A stretch of 35,513 nt of DNA. Origin: a bacterium. Its GTDB lineage: Bacteria; CLD3; SB21. This document shows, in pieces, positions 29,201 through 35,513 of this stretch. The notes beneath the pieces were generated by a model that searched no databases, was not told the origin of the DNA, and saw only the letters and a program-made list of their open reading frames with translations. The position numbers and the translations under genes are program-made. The DNA is taken from NCBI GenBank assembly GCA_013359335.1, contig JABWBZ010000016.1, positions 1-35,513 on the forward strand, written 5' to 3'. The first letter of the stretch is position 1; each line of letters opens with the position of its first letter.

Positions 29201-29364
29201 TTCCGATGGGTATCGCCGTCGTGGGCGGGCTTATTTTTTCAGGTCTGCTGACGTTGTATGTGATTCCAGCGATCTACACGTATTTTACCAAAGAAGGACA
29301 AGCCGTTTCCAACGTTGCCGATGTTCCTGAAGAAGTCAAAGAAGCGGAATACCAAAGCGTTTAA
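26263..29364 (+). CDS. RND efflux permease (AcrB/AcrD/AcrF family)
   Basis: IRRPVLA, GLVVDDAIVVLEN, GLVTKNGILIVEFA, RLRPILMT. Confidence 0.97.
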   Translation: MSLSATCIRRPVLAMVLNIVVVLFGVIGFTYLGVREYPAVDPPIVTVSTNYTGANADVIESQITEPLEESINGIAGIRSLTSTSREARSTITVEFDLEIDLEAAANDVRDRVSRAMRNLPVDADPPVVTKADANASPVVSINLQSDTRSLIDISAFANNVFKERLQTIPGVSEIRIWGEKKYAMRIWLDPAKMAAYQLTPLDVRNALNRENVELPSGRIEGDATELTVRTIARLTTPAEFDDLIIKEVGGNIVRLKDIGQAVLGPENERTILKRDGIPAIGIVAVPQPGANNIAIADEFYKRVEQIKAELPKDLRVDYAFDVTKYIRKSIGEVEETIFIAFGLVVLIIFLFLRDWRTTLIPVLAIPISLIGSFFIMYMFNFSINVLTLLGIVLAIGLVVDDAIVVLENIYAKVEQGMPPLQAGFKGSAEIYFAVISTTVALAAVFLPVIFLQGLTGRLFREFGIVVAGSVIISAFVSLTLTPMMSTRIIQSHMQHNWFYNITEPFFVALSNGYRKTLHAFMHRRWLGFVAMVFSAILIFVLGASIPSELAPLEDRSWLQISTTAPEGATFEYMDSYMSRMVDMIKETLPEAQAVMSVTSPGFAASGSVNSGFVRLFLKDPQDRTRTQQEVADDLMKKIKFFTEARTIVIQEQSIRAGGGGLPVQFVLQAPNFEKLREALPKFFEAARQRPEFQVVDVNLKFNKPEIRIDIDRNRAKALGVSASDIAQTLQLAYSGQRFGYFIMDGKQYQIIGQVARAKRDEPLDMKSLYVKNQDGKLIQLDNLVTLTEQVSPPQLYRFNRYISATVSAGLNKGYTMGEGIKAMQEIADDILDDTFSTALDGPSKDFSESSSSLLFAFLLALILIYLVLSAQFESFRGPFIILFTVPLAMAGALLSLWVFGQTLNIFSQIGQIVLIGLVTKNGILIVEFANQRLAAGLSVRDAVIDAATARLRPILMTSLSTILGILPIALALGAGSESRVPMGIAVVGGLIFSGLLTLYVIPAIYTYFTKEGQAVSNVADVPEEVKEAEYQSV

Positions 29365-29477
29365 CCCGTCTCAAATAAATATTACCACACAAAGCTCCGC
29401 CACGACGGATTGGCTGCAAAGGCCGAAATGTGATCAGGGAAATATCCGTTTAAGATTTCCCGTTATCCTAAGAAAAA

Positions 29478-30830
29478 TTGGAGCCCTTTGAAAATAACCT
29501 TTGCACCGACGCAGTTTCAGTTGAACAAATGATTGACACCATGAATTCATCCGGAAAAAATATTCTGATTATTACTTTGATCGTTAGCGTGGGTGTTGTT
29601 TTTATCACGCTTTTGTCCGACGTTTCCGATTCGAAAGATTCGGCTTTTATATATTCATCGTACAACACACACGCCAACGGCACGCATGCGCTGTATACGC
29701 TGCTCGGCGAATCGGGTTTTTCGCCGGCACGGCTGCGGAAAGATTTTCGCGCCAAAGAACTTGCCGGCCAACGTAACGTCCTTATCAGCGTAGCGCCAAT
29801 CGACACATTGGGCCATGCCGAACTGGATTCGCTGAGCGATCGTGTGTTCAACGGATCGACGGCCATATTTTTTTACAGCCGCTCGATCGCAAAACTTCTG
29901 CTTCGCTTTGGAATTCATCACGGCGATTTTTATGGGTCCGATTTATTGACGTTGCAGCAACCCGCCGCTCACAACGTGTTTGTCGATACGCTCAGCGTTC
30001 CGAACGCCGATTCAGGAAAGATTATATCCGCGCGTTTCTATTCCGATTCCGCGGTGTACACCGTTTTGTATGCCAATGATCGTTGCGATGCGATTATCGA
30101 AGTTCCTCACGGCGAAGGCGCGTTCATTTTTTTTCATTCGCCGGATTACGTGTCCAATGCTCATTTGGCCGAAGGCCGTCAGGCGGATGCGCTTATCCGG
30201 ATGATGACGTTTACGGCGTCGGGCGATTACCGTTCGTTTAACCGGATTTATTTCGATGAATACCACCAGGGTTTTCGGGAGTTTCAATCGTTCATTCAAT
30301 GGTTTGACGAATGGCCGGTTAAATTTGGAATTTTGATTGCGTGCCTTGGGCTGATTATTTGGGCGTATTCCGGAGCAAGGCGGTTCGGCCGGCCGGTGCC
30401 GGTGCGCGTTCAACCGGTACGTTCATCCAAAGCGCATATCGAATCCGTCACGCGCGTATACCGGCGCGCCCGCGCCAACCGGCTCATTCTCAAAATCTGG
30501 CGGCAATGGCTGATGCAATTTCTCTACGACCGTTATAAAACCGGATCGGAAACGAAACTTGCGCAGATGCTGGCCAATCGTTATAATCTCAACGGCGAAA
30601 CGGTTCTCAAACTCTTCCGTGAGACCGACCGCAAAATCCGCGACGCGGAAATGGCGGCAACGCAGGAACCCGTTCAAAAACGCGAAGTATCGATAGCCGA
30701 CGGCGATCTGACAAGGCTTTGCCGCCATATCGATGCGCTTTATTTTTTACATCAGAAAAAAATTCATGTAACTTCGGAGAAATCTCTTGATGGAAAATCC
30801 CAGCACCATGACGCAAACCGTCGCCGATAA
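29478..30830 (+). CDS. DUF4350 domain membrane protein
   Basis: SSYNTHANGTHALY, IYFDEYHQG, TM helix then RRFGRPVP; upstream of MoxR. Start uncertain (29478, 29529 or 29541). Confidence 0.82.
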   Translation: MEPFENNLCTDAVSVEQMIDTMNSSGKNILIITLIVSVGVVFITLLSDVSDSKDSAFIYSSYNTHANGTHALYTLLGESGFSPARLRKDFRAKELAGQRNVLISVAPIDTLGHAELDSLSDRVFNGSTAIFFYSRSIAKLLLRFGIHHGDFYGSDLLTLQQPAAHNVFVDTLSVPNADSGKIISARFYSDSAVYTVLYANDRCDAIIEVPHGEGAFIFFHSPDYVSNAHLAEGRQADALIRMMTFTASGDYRSFNRIYFDEYHQGFREFQSFIQWFDEWPVKFGILIACLGLIIWAYSGARRFGRPVPVRVQPVRSSKAHIESVTRVYRRARANRLILKIWRQWLMQFLYDRYKTGSETKLAQMLANRYNLNGETVLKLFRETDRKIRDAEMAATQEPVQKREVSIADGDLTRLCRHIDALYFLHQKKIHVTSEKSLDGKSQHHDANRRR

Positions 30831-31752
30831 ACTGCGCGCGGAAATCCAAAAAGTTATTGTCGGACAATCGTACGTGATCGATCACGCGATGATTGCCTTG
30901 TTCAGCGGCGGCCACGTTTTGCTTGAAGGCGTTCCGGGCACTGCCAAAACGCTTCTCGTAAAAACAATGGCGATGGCGATGACCGGCGATTTCAAACGCA
31001 TTCAATTTACGCCCGATCTAATGCCATCGGATGTTGTCGGTACAAATGTTTTCGATTCCAAATCATCCGCTTTCGTATTGAAAAAAGGCCCGATTTTTAC
31101 CAACCTTGCGTTGATCGACGAGGTCAATCGCGCCCCGGCCAAAACACAGGCTGCTTTGTTGGAGGTTATGGAAGAACGGCAAGTAACTATTGATGGCACA
31201 CGTTATCCGTTGTCCGAACCGTTCATCGTTTTTGCCACGCAGAATCCTATCGAATACGAAGGCACGTACGCGCTGCCTGAGGCGCAGTTGGATCGTTTTA
31301 TGTTCAAAATCATGATCGATTATCCCGCGGCTGAAGAAGAAAATCAGATCCTGAGAAATTATCATCACGGATTTACGACGCGCGATCTTTCCAGCGCTCA
31401 TGTCGGCAGCGTCGTCACGCCGGCCGATATCGAGCGATGCCGCGCGGAAATTCAAAACGTTAAAATCGAAGAAAGCGTGATCGGCTATATTACGCAAATC
31501 GTACGCAAAACGCGCGACTACCCCAGCATACTGGTCGGCGCCAGCCCGCGCGCCGCCGTGTCCTTGCTCCTTGCTGCCAAAACCCGTACGGCGATGCGCG
31601 GCCTCGATTATGTCAATCCTGACGATATTAAATTTATCGCACGCCCCGTGTTGCGCCATCGTATCCTGCTGCAGCCGGAGATGGAATTGGAAGGCATTCG
31701 TTCCGACGAAGTCATCGGAGAAATTCTCAACATCGTGCCGGTGCCGCGATGA
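30790..31752 (+). CDS. MoxR family AAA+ ATPase
   Basis: GHVLLEGVPGTAKT, RIQFTPDLMPSD, DEVNRAPAKTQAALLE, ATQNPIE, LPEAQLDRF. Confidence 0.97.
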   Translation: MENPSTMTQTVADKLRAEIQKVIVGQSYVIDHAMIALFSGGHVLLEGVPGTAKTLLVKTMAMAMTGDFKRIQFTPDLMPSDVVGTNVFDSKSSAFVLKKGPIFTNLALIDEVNRAPAKTQAALLEVMEERQVTIDGTRYPLSEPFIVFATQNPIEYEGTYALPEAQLDRFMFKIMIDYPAAEEENQILRNYHHGFTTRDLSSAHVGSVVTPADIERCRAEIQNVKIEESVIGYITQIVRKTRDYPSILVGASPRAAVSLLLAAKTRTAMRGLDYVNPDDIKFIARPVLRHRILLQPEMELEGIRSDEVIGEILNIVPVPR

Positions 31753-33407
31753 AACAGACATCTCCTTCGGCGTGTTCGTCCCTTCAACTCCGCCCAGGAA
31801 TCGAACTCCTGCTTTTATTCATTTTGACAGTACACGGCTATTCGCAAAAATTCATAAGCATCACCATCGATGATCCGCATACGGAATCCACGCCTTTGCT
31901 GTTGTGGCCAGAACGCAACGATCGCATTCTAAACGCTCTCCAAACTAATGATTTGAAAGCCGCGTTGTTTGTTTGTGGCAAGCGCGTGGACAACGATGAA
32001 GGACGCGAACTCCTGAAAGCTTGGGATCGCAATAATCATCGAATCGCCAATCATTCGTACTCTCATTTTTATTTCCACTCGAATAAACAAACGTTACAAT
32101 CTTTTCAAAATGATTTCCTCAAAGGCGATTCGGTTATTCAATCGTACCGTAATTATACCAAGTTATTTCGATTTCCCTATTTGAAAGAAGGCAACTCGAT
32201 CGAGAAACGCGACGGCTTTAGAAATTTTCTACAGGAACAGCGTTACCAAAACGGTCATGTAACCATCGACGCTTCCGATTGGTATGTTGATCAACGCCTG
32301 CGCGACACATTGGCCAAAAATCCGAATGCCGACTTGACGGGTTACAAAGAATTTTACATCCGGCATATTTTAGATCGCGCAGAATATTACGACGGTCTTG
32401 CGCGTGAATATGTAAAACGTCCGATCTTTCACACGCTTTTGCTTCATCACAATCTTCTCAATGCCCTGTTCCTGGATGCGCTTATTCAACGGCTTAAACA
32501 AAACGGATGGACGTTGATCGATGCCGACAGCGCGTACACCGATTCCGTTTATTCGCTAAACCCGGATGTTACTCCGGCCGGCGAAAGTTTAGTGTGGGCG
32601 ATTGCGAAAATCAGCGGCGCCACGGGTTTACGCTATCCGGCAGAAGACGGTCTGTACGAAAAAGAAAAATTAGACAGCTTCTTGTTGAAATTTGATGCCG
32701 CCTGGCGCGATACTTTAACCGGAATGAATTTCCAAAAAATCAAACCGGGAGAATTTTTAATGGGGCTTCAAAACGACTCAAGCGCGCCGCCTCATTCCGT
32801 ACGTATTACCAAACCGTTTTTCATCAGCCGCTACGAAGTGACGCAAAAGCAGTGGAGAACGATTATGGACACCAACCCAAGCCAATTCAAAGATTGCGGT
32901 GATGATTGCCCGGTTGAAAATGTTAATTGGTTCGAGGTAAAAAAATTTATCGAAAAGCTGAATGCCAGAACCGGGTTGACATTTCGATTGCCTACTGAAA
33001 CCGAATGGGAATATATTTGCCGCGCCGGAACATCGACGGCGTTTAATACCGGTGACGTTCTGACAACGGATCAAGCTAATTATGACGGCAACTGGCCGCA
33101 CGGAAATTCCGCTAAAGGAATTTTCCGCGCCAAACCGCTTCCGGTCGGAAGTTTTGCGCCGAACGCATGGAACATCTACGACATGCATGGTAACGTTTGG
33201 GAATGGTGCGAAGATGATTTCTGCCCGTATCCCGACGCAACAGAAACGGATCCTTTGCGTATCTGCAGCGCCGGTAAAAAAATCATCCGCGGCGGCAGTT
33301 GGTATTTCGGCGCTGACATCGCGCGAAGCGGGCGCCGTTATACGCACGAGCCGCAAGATCGCGGCCCGAGCCTTGGATTCCGGTTGGTTCGGGAAATCAC
33401 ACCATAA
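31749..33407 (+). CDS. Polysaccharide deacetylase (CE4) fused to an FGE-sulfatase/SUMF1-fold domain
   Basis: TIDD, NHSYSH, FRFPY, DASDW, LLLH; then FLMG, YEVT, RLPTETEWEY, DMHGNVWEW, RGGSW, GFRLV. Confidence 0.9.
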   Translation: MKQTSPSACSSLQLRPGIELLLLFILTVHGYSQKFISITIDDPHTESTPLLLWPERNDRILNALQTNDLKAALFVCGKRVDNDEGRELLKAWDRNNHRIANHSYSHFYFHSNKQTLQSFQNDFLKGDSVIQSYRNYTKLFRFPYLKEGNSIEKRDGFRNFLQEQRYQNGHVTIDASDWYVDQRLRDTLAKNPNADLTGYKEFYIRHILDRAEYYDGLAREYVKRPIFHTLLLHHNLLNALFLDALIQRLKQNGWTLIDADSAYTDSVYSLNPDVTPAGESLVWAIAKISGATGLRYPAEDGLYEKEKLDSFLLKFDAAWRDTLTGMNFQKIKPGEFLMGLQNDSSAPPHSVRITKPFFISRYEVTQKQWRTIMDTNPSQFKDCGDDCPVENVNWFEVKKFIEKLNARTGLTFRLPTETEWEYICRAGTSTAFNTGDVLTTDQANYDGNWPHGNSAKGIFRAKPLPVGSFAPNAWNIYDMHGNVWEWCEDDFCPYPDATETDPLRICSAGKKIIRGGSWYFGADIARSGRRYTHEPQDRGPSLGFRLVREITP

Positions 33408-33418
33408 GGAATGACCCT

Positions 33419-34411
33419 ATGATCCGCTCGTATGCTGCAACTGCAAAAAAAAGCATTCTTACTCCGTTTGAATTTACACTTCCGCCGCTTACGGACGTGG
33501 ATGTGGTCATTGCTGTAAAATATTGCGCGCTGTGTCACAGCGACATTCATCTGATCGACGGCGATTGGGGCATCGCAAAATATCCGCTCGTGCCCGGGCA
33601 TGAAATTATCGGACAGATTGTTCAAATCGGAAACAAAGTTGCCGGTTTTTCAGAAGGCCAATGGGTAGGCGTGGGCTGGCAGTCCGGTTCGTGCGGCCAA
33701 TGCGCGCCATGTACTCACGGAATGGAACATCTCTGCGTCACCGGAAAAAAACGTACGTGCGTCAACGGCTTTGGAGGTTTGTCCGAAAAAGTCGTCATTG
33801 ATAGCCGGTTTGTGTACGCGATCCCCGATGGTTTTGAACTGATTTCCGCTGCGCCGCTGATGTGCGCGGGTTTGACGGTATTTTCGCCGTTGGAAAGACT
33901 ATTGCTATCGGATGTACAGCGAGTCGGCGTCATCGGTATCGGCGGGCTCGGCCACCTCGCCGTGCAAATGGCCAAAGCGATGGGCGCGGAAGTGTACGCA
34001 TTTGACAGCGTTTCTGAAAAAGCAAAATCAGCCGAAGTGCTCGGCGCGATCCCCCTTCACGATCCGAAATCCGCGCCGCCGATGAATTTGATTTTGTCGA
34101 CGTCTTCGGCGCAACTCGACTGGAATTTCTGGATGGAACGGCTCGATTTTAACGGGGTTTTTTGTCTGGTGGGTTATCCGCCGGGCGATGTTGCCGTCGC
34201 CAACGATCATTTATTGGACGGACAAAAATCAATTACCGGCAGTGTGATCGGAAGTCCGGCGACGATGCGGCACATGCTGCAGTTTTGTTTACGCCATTCG
34301 ATCCGGCCTCATATTGAAACGATGCCATTTTCGCGTGTGAATGAAGCGCTCGACAGAGTACGCGCAGGAAAAGTCAATTTCAGAATGGTGCTCGAAAACG
34401 ATTGGAAGTAA
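33419..34411 (+). CDS. Zn-dependent NAD(P) alcohol dehydrogenase (cinnamyl-ADH/Ahr-like)
   Basis: CHSD, PGHE, CGQCAPC...C, APLMCAG, GIGGLGH. Confidence 0.95.
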   Translation: MIRSYAATAKKSILTPFEFTLPPLTDVDVVIAVKYCALCHSDIHLIDGDWGIAKYPLVPGHEIIGQIVQIGNKVAGFSEGQWVGVGWQSGSCGQCAPCTHGMEHLCVTGKKRTCVNGFGGLSEKVVIDSRFVYAIPDGFELISAAPLMCAGLTVFSPLERLLLSDVQRVGVIGIGGLGHLAVQMAKAMGAEVYAFDSVSEKAKSAEVLGAIPLHDPKSAPPMNLILSTSSAQLDWNFWMERLDFNGVFCLVGYPPGDVAVANDHLLDGQKSITGSVIGSPATMRHMLQFCLRHSIRPHIETMPFSRVNEALDRVRAGKVNFRMVLENDWK

Positions 34412-34726
34412 AATTCATATTTTTCTACCTACCTGAACAGATAATTTTTTTTATTTTCTTGCCAATTCAAGCCACAATTCACCCGTTCAGATAAAAAATC
34501 GCCGAGATATCATCAAAAAAATTCCATCGATTTTTCTGGAAAAATGAGCGCTTTCGAGTCTTATTAATAAAAAGAACGTTGAAATAAAAAAAACGTCTTT
34601 TTTAAACTCGAAGAGCTCTAGCTTCCTAGGGACTTACAGGCTACTCAATCCTTCCCGTTTCTTGCTGACCCAAAGAAACTGCGACGCTGAAGGCTGCACG
34701 AAGCCTTTTGTGTCAGACATTGTGGT

Positions 34727-34979
34727 AAAAAAATCGTCGTATGACGGCTTACGTTGACCAACGTAAGGCCTACGATAAGCATTTTAGCTTATAAAATCGT
34801 CATTTTAGGCTTATCGATCATGACTCTAAACCTAACGATCAGCATTTTACGCTTAACGATGACAATCGTAAGCCTAACGATTAGCATTTTATGCTTAACA
34901 ATGACGAATCGTAAGCCTAACGATTGTCAATTTACGCTTAACGATGTCGATTTACGCCATAAATTATAAAATTTATGGC
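34727..34979. repeat. Degenerate 21-bp tandem repeat array (about 11-12 units) with 42-bp higher-order structure
   Basis: Units start at 34727, 34748, 34769, 34790, 34811, 34832, 34853, 34874, 34895 (22 nt), 34917, 34938 (20 nt), 34958 (22 nt). Examples: ctaacgatcagcattttacgc / ttaacgatgacaatcgtaagc / ctaacgattagcattttatgc. Confidence 0.9.
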
Positions 34980-35040
34980 CTAAGCGCCGATCAATTTGTT
35001 TAGATAAGCGCTTGTTAATATCAATTTTAGGCATTGTTAC

Positions 35041-35049
35041 TGATACAAT
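35041..35049 (+). promoter_or_regulatory. Possible extended -10 promoter for the 35089 gene
   Basis: TGaTACAAT, 40 nt upstream of the ATG; no clear -35. Confidence 0.4.
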
Positions 35050-35088
35050 GCTTTGTTTTAATCCATTAAATAAAAAGGAGTTAGCAAA

Positions 35089-35451
35089 ATGGCTAAAAAT
35101 GAGCATGTGCGTCTGTCTCCAACCGTGGTCCAGGCAGATCGTGACGCCGTAGCGGCATTGCAAAAGATCGCCGGTTATACGCCGAATAATCCGGCTTACA
35201 GCTTGGCAGCAGTTCAAACCGCCCACAATGACATGCTGGCGGCACAGGCAGCCGAAGCCCAGGCGTACGCTGCACTGGCAACGGCACGCGACGTCGCTAC
35301 AGCTAAAGAATGGGCCTATCATAACCTGATCCTCGGCGTCAAGGATCAGGTCAGCGGGCAATTCGGTAAAAACTCAAACGAACTGCAGTCGCTCGGCCTC
35401 AAAAAGAAATCCGAATATAAAACTCGCGGCCGGACGCAGAAAAAAGAATAA
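35089..35451 (+). CDS. Hypothetical all-alpha protein (120 aa) with a basic C-terminal tail
   Basis: AAGGAG SD at 35075-35080; Ala-rich helices; QFGKNSNELQSLGLKKKSEYK. Confidence 0.9.
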   Translation: MAKNEHVRLSPTVVQADRDAVAALQKIAGYTPNNPAYSLAAVQTAHNDMLAAQAAEAQAYAALATARDVATAKEWAYHNLILGVKDQVSGQFGKNSNELQSLGLKKKSEYKTRGRTQKKE

Positions 35452-35459
35452 ACCGGAAA

Positions 35460-35490
35460 GTCACCCCGAACTTGGTTCGGGGTATGTGAC
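35460..35490. repeat. REP-like hairpin downstream of the 120-aa gene
   Basis: accccgaac-ttg-gttcggggt stem, flanked by gtcac...gtgac. Confidence 0.55.
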
Positions 35491-35513
35491 ACCAATAGCG
35501 GCCTCAGCGATCT

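Noticed and set aside
33285-33407. Diversity-generating retroelement variable repeat in the FGE-fold C-terminus
   Set aside because: No template repeat, reverse transcriptase or avd seen in the window. A remote template could only be excluded by BLASTN against the genome for an adenine-mismatch copy.
34754-34969. 71-aa heptad-repeat ORF (LTISILR/LTMTIVS) over the array
   Set aside because: TTG start with no SD, and indels scramble the peptide repeat; more likely a by-product of the 21-bp DNA repeat. Ribo-seq would settle it.
34727-34979. CRISPR array
   Set aside because: Units are contiguous and degenerate with no unique spacers, and there are no cas genes.

Overview
Gene-dense bacterial chromosomal segment of moderate GC, with sigma70-type promoters and GGAG Shine-Dalgarno sites; the gene content is FCB-group-like (inference). 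From left to right: a truncated LytS-type sensor kinase; a YbhB/DUF1761/RidA/DUF3052 operon; a Tat-exported PaoABC-like molybdoenzyme operon with two extra small genes; a membrane-AraC/hydrolase/beta-barrel module; htpG; AraC-DinB; SDR-lpxA; amidohydrolase, thioredoxin and ABC permease; a beta-propeller/YYY sensor fused to a Ser/Thr kinase; OsmC; an RRM protein; AhpD-like plus RND efflux genes; DUF4350-MoxR; a deacetylase/FGE-fold fusion; and a Zn alcohol dehydrogenase. No rRNA, tRNA, IS or CRISPR was seen. The most unusual locus is at the right end: about 11-12 in-register, internally palindromic 21-bp repeats (34727-34979) upstream of a 120-aa helical protein with a basic tail, a candidate undescribed array-plus-protein system. 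Also notable: a duplicated promoter/RBS cassette inside the DinB ORF, a glycine-loop deletion in the kinase, and a terminator-containing leader on the RRM gene. All family assignments are from motif recognition by eye, not database searches.
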